DNA of 63,003 bases, filler included. It is 7 parts of 7 records of this genome, joined end to end, with 100 filler letters (N's around TTAATTAATTAA, not from the genome) between each part and the next. Parts side by side here need not be neighbours in the genome. Positions count along the whole stretch, not along the records: positions 29,657 to 35,641 come from SRR20825014_72; positions 35,742 to 42,796 come from SRR20825014_73; 5 more parts are not named here. One strand, 5' to 3'. The stretch's first letter is position 1, and the number at the start of each line of letters is the position of its first letter. This document shows positions 29,557-40,350 of the stretch, one piece after another. The notes beneath the pieces are model-generated. The model had not been told where the DNA came from, did no database searches, and saw only the letters and a list, made by a program, of their open reading frames with translations. The position numbers were made by a program, and so were the translations under genes.

Positions 29557-29656
29557 NNNNNNNNNNNNNNNNNNNNNNNNNNNNNNNNNNNNNNNNNNNN
29601 TTAATTAATTAANNNNNNNNNNNNNNNNNNNNNNNNNNNNNNNNNNNNNNNNNNNN
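29557..29656. other. artificial contig spacer
   Basis: N44-TTAATTAATTAA-N44, with stops in all frames. Confidence 0.99.
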
Positions 29657-29844
29657 ACATAGGTCGTGCGCGCAACTTCGCCAAACGTCCCGATATGGGG
29701 CAGGCCCGACGGGCCATAACCGGTTTCAAACAGCACATAACCCTTTTCAGGCTTCTTCTGTTTGTACCGCTCAACCAGCTTGCGGGCTTCCTGGAAGGCC
29801 CAGACGTTGCTGTTAAAGGCGGCATCACGAAGATCGGCTGTCAT
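29657..29844 (-). CDS. lysS: class I lysyl-tRNA synthetase, N-terminal fragment
   Basis: WAFQEARK and [24 protein letters not shown]. Confidence 0.93.
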
Positions 29845-30304
29845 TTTTGAAACCTTGTTTGTCAGTTGTATCGTTGAATTATCTGGAAATCCGGCCACAC
29901 GTGAAATCACCCGGATTCCGTGCGTGCGCGAAGCTATCCCCGCCAGCCTGCAAGATCAAGTCCGGATCGGGTATGACCGGGCTGCAACGCGCAATTTAAC
30001 CGGCGCACCCCGTCACTTCTCCCACCCTGACAGAGAGGGCGGGCATGGTAACACGCAAAATTCGCGCGTCGGATCAGCAGGATACAGCAAATATAAGAAA
30101 AAAACCAAACCTACACCGACGGGTGGTTGAAACCAGCTTGCCGAGCGCTGATATGTCGTAACTGTTACTTGTCCGTGCAGTCAGGAACAAAAAAAGCCGC
30201 CGGGAGTGGGCGAAGAAAACTGGCGACGATCAAGGGTTCCCTGTCCTTCTTGAGGCGGGAGACCGCCTTGCACGGGAGAGAAATGATTGAACGAAACGTC
30301 AGAC

Positions 30305-31378
30305 ATGAAAGACTTGTCGGCGTCGCACACCGATGGATCGGGCAGTACGATGACCGCACCGCATGTCGCATTCGAGGAAGATCATCGATTCCGGCGCGTT
30401 GTTGAATATGCGCCGAACGCGATGATTCTTGTCGATGCCAAGGGTCTTATTGAAATGGTCAATGCCGAAACCGAAAAGGTGTTCGGTTATACCCGTGATG
30501 AATTACTCGGCCAGCCGGTCGATGTGCTGGTACCAGATCGGTTTCGCCATCATCATGCGGGCCTTCGCAACAGTTTCATCGCCGCACCCGGACCACGGCC
30601 CATGGGACCGGGACGGGATCTTTATGCCCTGCGCAAGGATGGCAGCGAGTTTCCGGTGGAAATCGGTCTGAACCCGATTGCCGAAGGCGACCGTGTACAG
30701 GTCCTGGCCGCCATTGTCGATATTTCAGACCGCAAAAGCCGTCAGGAAAGTCTGGAAAAATCCTTGCAGGAAAAGGAAATCCTGCTGTCGGAAGTCCATC
30801 ACCGGGTCAAAAACAATCTGCAAATCGTTCACAGTCTGCTTGATATGCAAACCGCCAATGTGAAGGACGATCTGGCGCGTGAAATCCTCCGCGACAGTTG
30901 CAACCGCGTCCGGTCCATGGCGCAAATCCACCAGACCCTTTATCAAAACGAAGATGTTTCGCGCGTCGATTTCAACTATTTCTGTGATGCGCTGATCAAT
31001 TCGCTGCTGGTGACCTTTAACACCAACCCCGACCTCATCAGGTTTGAACGCGATCTGGGTTCGGTGTCGCTTCCGATCGGAACGGCCGTGCCGTGCGGCC
31101 TGATTACCAACGAACTGATCACCAATGCGCTCAAACACGCATTTCCCGGTAACAGACAGGGCACAATAAGCCTTTCCGCCACCGAAATCGCCCCGAACCA
31201 GATCGAACTCAGCCTGACCGATGACGGGGTCGGATTCCCGGAAAGTTTCTATATCGACAGCAGCAGCGGGCTTGGCCTGCAACTGGTTGAATTGCTGACC
31301 GATCAGCTTGGCGGGACCCTTGATATGCACACCCGCAACCCGACCCGCATCACTATTCGCTTCACGATAAAGGATTGA
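30305..31378 (+). CDS. cytoplasmic PAS + HisKA_2 sensor histidine kinase
   Basis: PAS (RKDGSEFPVEI), EVHHRVKNNLQ, NELITNALKHAF, DDGVG and GLGL. Confidence 0.92.
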   Translation: MKDLSASHTDGSGSTMTAPHVAFEEDHRFRRVVEYAPNAMILVDAKGLIEMVNAETEKVFGYTRDELLGQPVDVLVPDRFRHHHAGLRNSFIAAPGPRPMGPGRDLYALRKDGSEFPVEIGLNPIAEGDRVQVLAAIVDISDRKSRQESLEKSLQEKEILLSEVHHRVKNNLQIVHSLLDMQTANVKDDLAREILRDSCNRVRSMAQIHQTLYQNEDVSRVDFNYFCDALINSLLVTFNTNPDLIRFERDLGSVSLPIGTAVPCGLITNELITNALKHAFPGNRQGTISLSATEIAPNQIELSLTDDGVGFPESFYIDSSSGLGLQLVELLTDQLGGTLDMHTRNPTRITIRFTIKD

Positions 31379-33831
31379 TGATCGCCATGCGCAAGCCGAT
31401 CCATGTGATGATTGTCGAAGATGAACGGATCGTCGCACTGCATTTGCGTCAACAGCTTGCCCGGCTCGGCTATGACCGGACATCGGTCCATAGTGCCGGT
31501 ATCAATGCCTTGAAAGCGATTGAAACCGATGCGCCTGACATCATTCTGATGGATATCCGCATCGACGGCGATATTGACGGCATTGAAACCGCGGCGGGCA
31601 TCCCCGAACATCTGATGATCCCGATCATCTATCTATCGGCTTATTCCGAGGATACAACCCTTGAACGGGCGCGCCAAACCCGGCCCTATGGCTTTTTGTT
31701 AAAACCGTTTTCAGAACGTGAACTGCACGCGACAATCCAGATGGCACTGGAACGCCGCGAGGTAGAACTCGCCCTTCGTGAAAGTCAGGAACGGTTGTCG
31801 CTTGCCATGCATGCTGCCCGCATGAGCTGCTGGGAGGTGGATGTCAGTACCCGCAAAATGCACAGTACCGGTCTGGCGCAGTTTTTACCCGACGAAAATC
31901 AAAGTGCAGAAACAATCACCGAAAGCTGGGAAGATTTTCTGCATCGTGTTGCATCCGGTGATCGCGACATGGTCCGCAAGGCATTCGAATATGCCGTTCT
32001 GCATGGCGAATTCTATGACGTCGTTTTCCGCGGCCAGCAAAGCGAAGGCACCCAAAGCTGGTTCCGCGCACGCGGCAAGTCCTATATCAATGACCGCAAG
32101 GGCACCCAGCGCATCATAGGCGTGATGCAGGACATTACCGATCAACGTCTGACCAATGACAAGCTCCGTCAGGCGATGACAGTATTTGAAACCACCCAGG
32201 ATGGTATTCTGATACTTGACCCGGACCTGAACATCACCAGCGCCAACCGTGCCTATTGCCAGATTACAGGCGCAGACCCGATGAACGTTGTCGGCAGCCC
32301 GCCCTATATGATCGTGCCAGAGGCCTTCCCGCCCGCCTTTTATCAGGAACTGTTCCATACGCTGCGCACACGCCGCCACTGGCACCGCGAAATCGAAACC
32401 CGCGACATGTCGGGCAATCCGATTTCCATCATGATGCAGATCATCGCGGTCGAGGACGACGATGGCGTCCTGACCCATTTCGTTGCGATGATTTCGGATC
32501 GCACCGCCATCCGACAGGCCGAACAGGAACTGCATTATCTGGCCCAGTATGACGGCCTCACGGGCCTGCCCAACCGGCTTCTGGCCACCGACCGGCTGAA
32601 CCGTGCGATTGAACGCTGCGAACGTACCGGATCGGTGGTCGCCTGCCTGTTCCTTGATCTTGATGACTTCAAGAATATTAACGATACACTTGGCCATGCC
32701 GCCGGTGATCAGGTTTTGCTGATTGTTGCGACCCGTATCAAGGCACTGACCGATCGAACCGATACCATCGCGCGCCTTGGCGGGGACGAATTCCTGATTA
32801 TCCGCGAAAACATGCATAGCGAGGCCGCCGCAGGCAACCTTGCCAGCCACATCATTCATGAACTGCAAAAGCCGTTCTATATTGTCGGCCATGAACTGAC
32901 ATTATCGGCCAGCATCGGCATTGCCCTTTATCCCGAAAATGCCCATTCACCACAGGATCTGATCCGGCTGGCCGACACGGCAATGTATGCCGCCAAGGAT
33001 CAGGGGCGGCGCACCTATGCGTTTTATAAATCGGAAATGACCGAAAGTGCCACGCACTATATGACGCGCAGCCTGGAATTGCGTCGCGGTCTGGAAAAGG
33101 GTGAGCTGACCCTTTATTATCAGCCGCAAGTCGATGCAAAAACCGGTGAAATGACCGGGACCGAAACCCTGATTCGGTGGAACCATCCCCAAAATGGCAT
33201 TCTTGGTCCGGCGGAAATCATCCCGATTGCGGAACAAAGCGGGTTGATTGTCGAAATCGGCCAATGGGTTCTTGAAGAATCCTGCGCACAGGCGCGCCGC
33301 TGGCAAGATGAAGGCTTTGATCCAATCCGCATCGCGGTCAATGTTTCGGTCCGCCAGATGCGCACACAGGGCTTTGCCAAAACGGTGCAAACTGTTCTGG
33401 CCGATACCGGACTTGATCCGAAATGGTTGGAGATTGAAGTCACCGAAAGCATGATCCAGGACGAAGATATCATGATCGATACCCTGCATGAATTGCGCGC
33501 GGTTGGCGTATCGGTCGCGATTGATGATTTCGGCACGGGTTATTCGTGTTTGCGGTCCATCAAAAGCCTGCCGATTGAACGCATCAAAATTGATCGCGCC
33601 TTTATCAAAGGCATTCCGCAAAATACCGATGATGCCGCCCTTGCCGAAGCCATGATTGCCATGGCACGGACCCTTGGCCTCAAAGTCACTGCCGAAGGGG
33701 TCGAAACAACCGCCCAACGTGATTTCCTGCATAGGCAGGGCTGTAACGAATTGCAGGGTTTCCTGTTCAGTAAACCGGTCCCCGCCGAACAACTTTTCAA
33801 GTCCAGCCACTCAAGCACGAAAATTTCATAA
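31378..33831 (+). CDS. REC-PAS-PAS-GGDEF-EAL c-di-GMP enzyme
   Basis: VEDE and LMDI receiver, RLGGDEF, ETL (EAL variant), DDFGTGYS and EGVET; TGATG coupling to the kinase. Confidence 0.93.
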   Translation: MIAMRKPIHVMIVEDERIVALHLRQQLARLGYDRTSVHSAGINALKAIETDAPDIILMDIRIDGDIDGIETAAGIPEHLMIPIIYLSAYSEDTTLERARQTRPYGFLLKPFSERELHATIQMALERREVELALRESQERLSLAMHAARMSCWEVDVSTRKMHSTGLAQFLPDENQSAETITESWEDFLHRVASGDRDMVRKAFEYAVLHGEFYDVVFRGQQSEGTQSWFRARGKSYINDRKGTQRIIGVMQDITDQRLTNDKLRQAMTVFETTQDGILILDPDLNITSANRAYCQITGADPMNVVGSPPYMIVPEAFPPAFYQELFHTLRTRRHWHREIETRDMSGNPISIMMQIIAVEDDDGVLTHFVAMISDRTAIRQAEQELHYLAQYDGLTGLPNRLLATDRLNRAIERCERTGSVVACLFLDLDDFKNINDTLGHAAGDQVLLIVATRIKALTDRTDTIARLGGDEFLIIRENMHSEAAAGNLASHIIHELQKPFYIVGHELTLSASIGIALYPENAHSPQDLIRLADTAMYAAKDQGRRTYAFYKSEMTESATHYMTRSLELRRGLEKGELTLYYQPQVDAKTGEMTGTETLIRWNHPQNGILGPAEIIPIAEQSGLIVEIGQWVLEESCAQARRWQDEGFDPIRIAVNVSVRQMRTQGFAKTVQTVLADTGLDPKWLEIEVTESMIQDEDIMIDTLHELRAVGVSVAIDDFGTGYSCLRSIKSLPIERIKIDRAFIKGIPQNTDDAALAEAMIAMARTLGLKVTAEGVETTAQRDFLHRQGCNELQGFLFSKPVPAEQLFKSSHSSTKIS

Positions 33832-34001
33832 AACAATCCCACCTTTTATTGCCACCTGAACAGATAATTCCCACTTATCTAAAGTATAGGCTACGTGGTA
33901 GTGTTTCCCGATCAAAGTCGCCAAACCCTTGAATAAGGCGGCACAGGGAAGGACCGTCAGACTTACTTCAGAGGTATAAGCTTATCTGAGGGGGACCTTT
34001 A

Positions 34002-35641
34002 ATGCGATTTTCCAATATGTCTCTTGGTGCCAAGCTGACCTGCGTCAGTGCACTCGCAATTGCCTTCTGTCTGATCGTCGGCATCTTCCTTCAAACTGTC
34101 CAGACCGGCAAAACAACCGAAGAGCTGACCGTGGGCGAAGCCCGTGCCGTTGGCCAGTTCCATGCCGAACAGGCCAGCCGGGTGCTGAATGGCGGGATGC
34201 TGGTTGCCAAAAACCTTGCAGGTGCCTTTCGCGCACTTCGTGAACAGGGCGGAGCAGACCGCAAGGCCTATAACGAAATCCTCAATCGCACCCTGATGGA
34301 CAACCCCTCCCTTGCCGGGGCGTGGTCCGGATTTGAAACCAACGCCCTTGACGGCAAGGATGCCGATTACAAGGGCGAAGGCGAACCGTTTGGCGACGGC
34401 AGCGGAAAATATGTCACCTATTATTATAACTTCGGTGGCGGCATTACCCCCTATCACCTGACCGGGCTCGATAACCCGGAGGTCAATGAATATTACACCG
34501 AACCAAAACGCACCAATAAGCCCTACCTGACCGATGCGATTACCTATGACATTCAGGGCCGCGATGTGGTTCTGACATCGTTTGTCTATCCGGTGCAGGA
34601 CAGCGGCGGAAAGTTTCTTGGTGTTATGGGTGTCGATCTTGAACTGAATGCGCTGTCGGAACGGTTTGCCGAACTGGCCCCGTTTGGCACCGGCACCGTC
34701 AATCTTGTTTCCGCACAGGGCACATGGGTTGCCCATGAAAACCCCGATATCCGCGGCACCAAACTTGATGTCGCCAATCCAACCGACGCGGCCATTCTTG
34801 AAGCGATGAAGTCGGGCCAGTCCGGTCAGATTGACGATGGCGAAGTCATGCACCTGATCGTTCCGGTCGCCATTGAAGGTTATGCCAACCAGTGGGGCGT
34901 AGTCGTCAACGTGCCGCTTGCCACCGTTTATGCCCCGGCCGATGACCTGCGCAATGCAACCCTGATCGGTGGTGTGGTACTTTTGATCGTTGTGATAGCG
35001 GTGATCCTGCTGTCGACCAACGCCATGGTTGCCCGCCCGATGACCCGTGTTGCCGGGGTGATTGCCGATCTGGAAAAGGGCAATTTCAACGTCACCGTCC
35101 CCTATCATGACCGGTCCGACGAAATTGGTGCGATTGCCAAGGCGCTCGAAGCTTTCAAAGAAGCATCCGCGGGCATGCAGCAGGCCGAGCGCGACAAACG
35201 CGAGGCCGAACATCGCGCCAGCGAAGAACGCAACCGTACCCGCCTGCAGATGGCCGACGAATTCGAAAAGTCGGTCGGCTCCATCGTTGTTCATGTCACT
35301 GACAGTGCTGGCGATATGGAAAAAGTCTCGCGTCAGATGCGCCGTGCCGCGAACGAAAGCTCGGAACAGGCAACCGTGGTTGCTGCGGCTGCCGACGAGG
35401 CCAGTGCGAATGTCCAGACCGTCGCTTCGGCAAGTGAGGAACTTTCCGCTTCCATTCAGGAAATTAGCTCGCAGGTCGCACGTTCTTCTGAAATCGCCAA
35501 CAATGCGGTCGACGAAGCATCACGTGCCAACGCCATGGTCACCGGCCTGGCCGAAGCCGCCGACCGCATCGGTCAGGTTGTCAGCCTGATCAATGATATC
35601 GCGTCCCAGACCAACCTTCTGGCCCTGAACGCCACCATCGA
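34002..35641 (+). CDS. methyl-accepting chemotaxis protein (Cache-HAMP-MA), 3'-truncated
   Basis: Two TMs, YY..PK/LTD Cache motifs, DEIG HAMP and IASQTNLLALNATI. Confidence 0.93.
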
Positions 35642-35741
35642 NNNNNNNNNNNNNNNNNNNNNNNNNNNNNNNNNNNNNNNNNNNNTTAATTAATTAANNN
35701 NNNNNNNNNNNNNNNNNNNNNNNNNNNNNNNNNNNNNNNNN
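35642..35741. other. artificial contig spacer
   Basis: N44-TTAATTAATTAA-N44. Confidence 0.99.
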
Positions 35742-35769
35742 ACTCGGTCCGAATATCTTCAACACCCTC
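35742..35769 (-). mobile_element. probable terminal inverted repeat of an IS/MITE at the contig end
   Basis: The reverse complement of 35752-35769 is GAGGGTGTTGAAGATATT, identical to 42767-42784. Confidence 0.5.
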
Positions 35770-35785
35770 ATGCACTCAGCGGCGC

Positions 35786-35865
35786 GCAAAAAAGAGGGGC
35801 GCGTGATTTTCAAAGCAATCGAAAACAGTGATCGGTTGTGAAAATCACGCGCCCCTCTTTTTTGC
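35786..35865. repeat. long palindromic repeat, copy A (27-bp perfect arms)
   Basis: GCAAAAAAGAGGGGCGCGTGATTTTCA ... TGAAAATCACGCGCCCCTCTTTTTTGC, followed by TCGGC. Confidence 0.85.
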
Positions 35866-35896
35866 TCGGCAACCTCACAGGTTGCCGCCAACATTA

Positions 35897-36715
35897 TCAC
35901 TGCCCCGTGAAGTTTGGCTCGCGCTTCTCCATGAACGCCATGACGGCCTCCATGAGATCATTGCTCGGGAGGAAGGCGGCGTTCCAGGCGGCGACGTAGC
36001 GCCGCCCATCACGGGCCTGGTGATCGAGCGAGTGATTCATCACCTGCTTGATCCCTTGCACGACGAGTGGGGAGTTTTTGGCGATATCAGTGGCGATCGC
36101 CAGGGCACCCTCGACGCAGGCATCTCGCCCCTCGAACAACTCGTCGACGAGGCCCACCTCGAGCGCGCGCTGCGCGGTGATATCCTCGCCGGTGAATGCG
36201 AGCCTGCGCGTCATCCCCTGGCCGATGATACCGGGGAGGCGTTGCAGCGCGCCGAGATCTGGCGTGATGGCGAGCTTGACCTCGCGCAGGCTGAGTTTGG
36301 CGTCCTCGCTCGCGACGCGCATATCACAGGCGGCGATCATGTTGATGCCGCCTCCGATGCACCATCCGTGCACGGCCGCGATCACGGGCTTTCGACAGGA
36401 TTCGATCGCGTCGAAGCCTGATTGCCAGGCGAGCACGGTGTCGTGGAGTTTTTGTCTGGCGGAGACGGAGCCTGCCTGCATGAACTCCATGAACATCGGA
36501 GACACCGCGGGCAAGTCGAGGCCGTAGGTCAGGTGATCCCCCTTACCATGGAGCAGGATGGCGCGGACCTCGTCATCGGCGTCGAGGTCGCGAAACAGGC
36601 GCGGCGTCTCCTCCCAGAAGTCAGGTCCGAGCGCGTTGCCCTTTCCCGGACCGCACAGTTTCACGATCGCGACATGATCGCGCTTCTCAACTTCGTACGC
36701 CTTGTACTCTTGCAT
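35897..36715 (-). CDS. crotonase/enoyl-CoA hydratase family protein
   Basis: YGLDL, KPVIAAVHGWCIGGG, EVKLAITPDLGALQRLP and FMEKREPNF. Confidence 0.92.
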   Translation of the reverse strand: MQEYKAYEVEKRDHVAIVKLCGPGKGNALGPDFWEETPRLFRDLDADDEVRAILLHGKGDHLTYGLDLPAVSPMFMEFMQAGSVSARQKLHDTVLAWQSGFDAIESCRKPVIAAVHGWCIGGGINMIAACDMRVASEDAKLSLREVKLAITPDLGALQRLPGIIGQGMTRRLAFTGEDITAQRALEVGLVDELFEGRDACVEGALAIATDIAKNSPLVVQGIKQVMNHSLDHQARDGRRYVAAWNAAFLPSNDLMEAVMAFMEKREPNFTGQ

Positions 36716-36759
36716 GCTGCCACCTCCGGGCGGTTGTTCTCAGGCCAGTCACCTCGCGC

Positions 36760-37527
36760 TCAGTCCTTTTTTCTGAGGAAGACGGGCTTCTTGGGGGTCG
36801 AGGAGTCCTCGTCATAGGCATACCCGCCGCCGGTAAACTCGCGCAAGCCGTCGGCGCTATCGATCCGATTTCGCACGACGAAATCGGCCATCATCCCGCG
36901 CGCGCGCTTGGCGTAAAACGAGATCACCTTGTACTTGCCCTTGGAGTAATCCTTGAACACGGGCGTAATCACAGTGCCCGCGAGCTTCTTCTTGTCGAGA
37001 ACCTTGAAGTATTCGTTGGAGGCGCAGTTGACGATGATGGCGTCATCATCGCCTTCGAGCTCCTTGTTGATCTCCTCGGTGACGCGATCGCCCCAGTATT
37101 CGTAGAGCGTCTTGCCGCGCTCGGTCTTTAGCTTGGTGCCCATCTCGAGGCGGTAGGGGTGGATCAAGTCCAGCGGTCGCAGCACGCCATAGAGCCCCGA
37201 GAGAATGCGGACGTGTTTTTGAGCAGCCGCGAAGTCATCCTCGGTGTAATCTTCGAGCGGCATATCCTTGTAGGTGTCGCCGGTGAACGCGAGGATCGCC
37301 TGCTTGCTTGCTTGCTGGGCGTCCCCAAAGTTTTGAAAGCGGTCGAAGTTAAGCTCGGCGAGGTTATCACTGAGCTTCATCAGCTTGGCGATACCGTCAG
37401 CGTCGTAGCCTTTCATCACCTCGGCCAACTCCATGGCGGAGGCGTCGAGCGCAGGGTTCGAGGTCACTTCGAGCGTGGTAGGATCGAAATTCATCGCCTT
37501 CGATGGCGAGAGCAAAACGAGAATCAT
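36760..37527 (-). CDS. yaaA: peroxide stress protein YaaA
   Basis: LSPSK, LSGLYGVLRPLDLI.PYRLEMG, ASNEY and SFYAKRARG. Confidence 0.95.
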   Translation of the reverse strand: MILVLLSPSKAMNFDPTTLEVTSNPALDASAMELAEVMKGYDADGIAKLMKLSDNLAELNFDRFQNFGDAQQASKQAILAFTGDTYKDMPLEDYTEDDFAAAQKHVRILSGLYGVLRPLDLIHPYRLEMGTKLKTERGKTLYEYWGDRVTEEINKELEGDDDAIIVNCASNEYFKVLDKKKLAGTVITPVFKDYSKGKYKVISFYAKRARGMMADFVVRNRIDSADGLREFTGGGYAYDEDSSTPKKPVFLRKKD

Positions 37528-37690
37528 CGTCGACTCCGTAGAATCATAAGTGCAGGTCCAGCGTTCCTCAGTTCGAGAGGCCGTCTTTTTCGCCTGGTTG
37601 GATGCAACCGGGCGCCAAAACGACGCATCTTCCCGCAGACTGACACGCAGGCATCATGACGTAAAGAGAAGCGGAGCGCAGGAGCATACA

Positions 37691-37966
37691 TTGGGAAAGA
37701 AGGATAAATTCGAGCGCATCGAGCAGGTGTTGATGATTTGCAATGGCAAGGATTGCAAGAAGCGCGGCGCCAAGGAGCTGCGCAAGGCCGCGCGCTCGAC
37801 GTTGCGAGAGATGGGAAAGCGACGGAGCACGCATATCGTGCGCACCAAGTGCAACGGCTTCTGCAAGATCGCGCCGGTGGTCTCGATCCAGCCGCACAAT
37901 GTCTGGCTGTCCGAGACCGACGAGGACGAGCTCCAGAGCGTGCTCCAAGAACTGTTAAAGGAGTGA
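37691..37966 (+). CDS. thioredoxin-like [2Fe-2S] ferredoxin
   Basis: CNGKDC...KCNGFC..APVV; TTG start after AGGAG. Confidence 0.85.
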   Translation: MGKKDKFERIEQVLMICNGKDCKKRGAKELRKAARSTLREMGKRRSTHIVRTKCNGFCKIAPVVSIQPHNVWLSETDEDELQSVLQELLKE

Positions 37967-38033
37967 TTTCCCTCGCGGAAACCACTCCTTTAACCGATAC
38001 ACACTCACTCGAACGCGAGTTTAGCAAGACAAC

Positions 38034-39722
38034 TCAGTCGTCGTTCTTGCGCTCTTCGAGCTTGGCCAGGAGCAACTCACCGAGCGAACCGAGCCCGCCC
38101 TGATCGTTGCTCTTGTTATTGCTGTTGCGGTTGTTATTGCCGCCGCGGTTGCCGCCGCGATTACGGTTCCCGCCACGATTCCCGCCGCCACGGTTTCCAC
38201 CGCCGCGATTGCCGCCACGGTTGTTGCGGTTTCCGCCACCGCCACCGCCGCCGCGGTTGTTGCCGCCGCGGTTGCCGCGATCGTTATTCTGCTGCCCCTC
38301 GGGCGCCTGCGTGAGCGCCTTGACCGAGAGCGAGATGCGCCAGTCCTGGCCGCCTTTCTTGGCTTCCTTGACCTCGATCACCTTGACCTCGATCGGCTCG
38401 CCAGCCTTGACGTAATCGCGAGGGTCCTGGACGTACTCGTGCGCGAGCTCGGACTTGTGGACGAGCCCTGAGAGCCCATTGCCGAGCGAGATGAACGCGC
38501 CGTATTCCTTGATGTTGTTGACGCGACCGGTGATCACATCGCCGACCTCGGGGGGCTTGATCTCGCGGACTTCGCGAGGGAGCTCCTGTTGCATCGTCTT
38601 GATGCGCTCGATGTTGCCATTGATATGGCGACGCATCGAGTGGCGGCGTGCGCGGCGGTGCGCCTGACGGAGCAGTGATTCTGCCTCGTTGAGCCAGTTG
38701 CGCTTTTGCTCGAGCTCGACGTCGGGGCCAGCGGCGCGGTCGGTCAAGACCTGACCGAGGTTGTGCAGCAAAAGCACGCTCGTCGGGAGCAGCTTGAGCC
38801 CGGAGCGGTACGCGCCCTCGGCGCGCGCCAGATCCTTCTCGGCCTCCTTGTACCACGTGCCGCGCGCGTTCCAGGTCGTCTCGGCTTCGCCGAGCGCGAC
38901 GGCCTCTTCCCAGGTCTGCTCGCTCTGGTCCTTGTCCTTGAACCAGAGCGCCTGCGCCAGGAGCGATGCGTAGAAAGGATCTTGCTCGAAGCGAGGCTTG
39001 AGCGCGGGGAGCTCGGCAGCGAGCGCGTCGCTAAACTCGGGCGCGCCATCGAGCGCCTCGAGATCAAACATCAGCACGGCGAAGCCGAGGCGCACGAGAT
39101 GCAGCAGGCGACTGCTGATATCGGGCGCGACCTCCTCCGAGGATGCGAAGTCGCGCATCCCGGCGAGGACGGCGTCGAGCACATCCTGGGAGCGCCCCTC
39201 TTTCCTGGCGAGGTTGGCGGCGACGATGAAGTACTCGACGCCGCGAGCGTCATCCTCGAGCCCCATATTCAGGAGGCGGTCGGCGAACGCCTGGTAGCCG
39301 AGTTTGGTGGAGAGCTGCGCGAGCGGCGCGCCGATCTCTGGGAACTTCGTGGCCAACTCGACGAGGCGCTTGAGCTCGCGAGAGACATCGGGCGTGCTGT
39401 TCGATTGACGGCGCTGGCGCTTCTTTTTGCCATCACCCGAAGCCTTCGTGGCCTCCTCGGAAGCTTCGCTCTCTTCACCAGCGTTCGCGTCCGCGTCAGC
39501 GGTAGCGTCAGCAGCCTCGACCGCGTCGCCTTGCTCGTCACCGCTCTCCGGTTCATCCGACGCATCTGACGCATCAGTGGCGTCCTGAGCTTCTGGCTCG
39601 GGTTGCGCGGCGACCTCGGCCTCGGCGGGAGCCTCAGTGGCTTCCTGCGGGGCATTCTCGGTCTGCTCGCTCGCGTCTTGCTCGACGTCCTCGTTCAGGT
39701 TCGGGCCGGTCTCTTCGCTCAT
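38034..39722 (-). CDS. TPR-like + S1 RNA-binding protein with acidic N-terminal and RGG/N-rich C-terminal disordered tails
   Basis: S1 motif VGDVITGRV..IKEYGAFISL..GLVHKSEL, helical repeats and eight RGG motifs. Confidence 0.85.
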   Translation of the reverse strand: MSEETGPNLNEDVEQDASEQTENAPQEATEAPAEAEVAAQPEPEAQDATDASDASDEPESGDEQGDAVEAADATADADANAGEESEASEEATKASGDGKKKRQRRQSNSTPDVSRELKRLVELATKFPEIGAPLAQLSTKLGYQAFADRLLNMGLEDDARGVEYFIVAANLARKEGRSQDVLDAVLAGMRDFASSEEVAPDISSRLLHLVRLGFAVLMFDLEALDGAPEFSDALAAELPALKPRFEQDPFYASLLAQALWFKDKDQSEQTWEEAVALGEAETTWNARGTWYKEAEKDLARAEGAYRSGLKLLPTSVLLLHNLGQVLTDRAAGPDVELEQKRNWLNEAESLLRQAHRRARRHSMRRHINGNIERIKTMQQELPREVREIKPPEVGDVITGRVNNIKEYGAFISLGNGLSGLVHKSELAHEYVQDPRDYVKAGEPIEVKVIEVKEAKKGGQDWRISLSVKALTQAPEGQQNNDRGNRGGNNRGGGGGGGNRNNRGGNRGGGNRGGGNRGGNRNRGGNRGGNNNRNSNNKSNDQGGLGSLGELLLAKLEERKNDD

Positions 39723-39842
39723 GTTCAAAACTCTCCGAGGCAACAACTGTGCATCATCGTGGATTCGGGAGGGGAGGATAGGAGGAAAGGTAGGATTCGT
39801 CACTACCCAAACTGTTCGCCAGCGACCCTGGCAGTAAAGAGG

Positions 39843-40160
39843 TTACTCTTTGGCGCGTAAAGTCGCTCGCTCTTGTAAGACGCGGCGAGAGAGAACCTCG
39901 ACGGCGTCATGAAATCGCTCGTAGGCGTCGGGAGCAGCGTCATCGCGTCTCCCCTCTTCCCAATGTTGGCGCGAGCGCCAACGCGAGATGGCCACGAAGC
40001 GGTTTGCCCCCTCTTCGGCAGGTTCAGGGTCGCGCGCGAGGATGCTTTCGAGCGCGCCCTCGCCAGCGTGAGCTTCGACAATTTCGCGCCATGCTTGCTC
40101 GAGCTGTGCTTCCTTCCCCGGGACAACTTCAAATTCGTAGATCACACGGATCATCATCAT
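39843..40160 (-). CDS. antibiotic biosynthesis monooxygenase (ABM) family protein
   Basis: IYEFEVVPGKE...FVAISRWRSRQHW; exact start among three ATGs uncertain. Confidence 0.8.
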   Translation of the reverse strand: MMMIRVIYEFEVVPGKEAQLEQAWREIVEAHAGEGALESILARDPEPAEEGANRFVAISRWRSRQHWEEGRRDDAAPDAYERFHDAVEVLSRRVLQERATLRAKE

Positions 40161-40350
40161 CTCCTGCGTGGCCAGGTGGGTTGTCCTAACACGAGCGATG
40201 CCCGGATGGCGAGCAAATCTCAGCGCGAATCTTTCAGGTGGTGTAAGCTGTCGTAAAAAGTCACCGATCGGACGCTTGATTTTCCCACAAAGGCGCCCAA
40301 GACTCGACGCGTCCGCTGCACGCACTCCTGCTCCATAAAGGTATGAAACG

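Noticed and set aside
29557..29656. TTAATTAATTAA palindrome repeated six times in the window
   Set aside because: Always embedded in identical N runs; a synthetic all-frame-stop linker, not biology.
38100..38285. Repetitive ccgccgcggttg-like DNA
   Set aside because: It encodes the RGG/N tract of the S1 protein; not a CRISPR or non-coding array.
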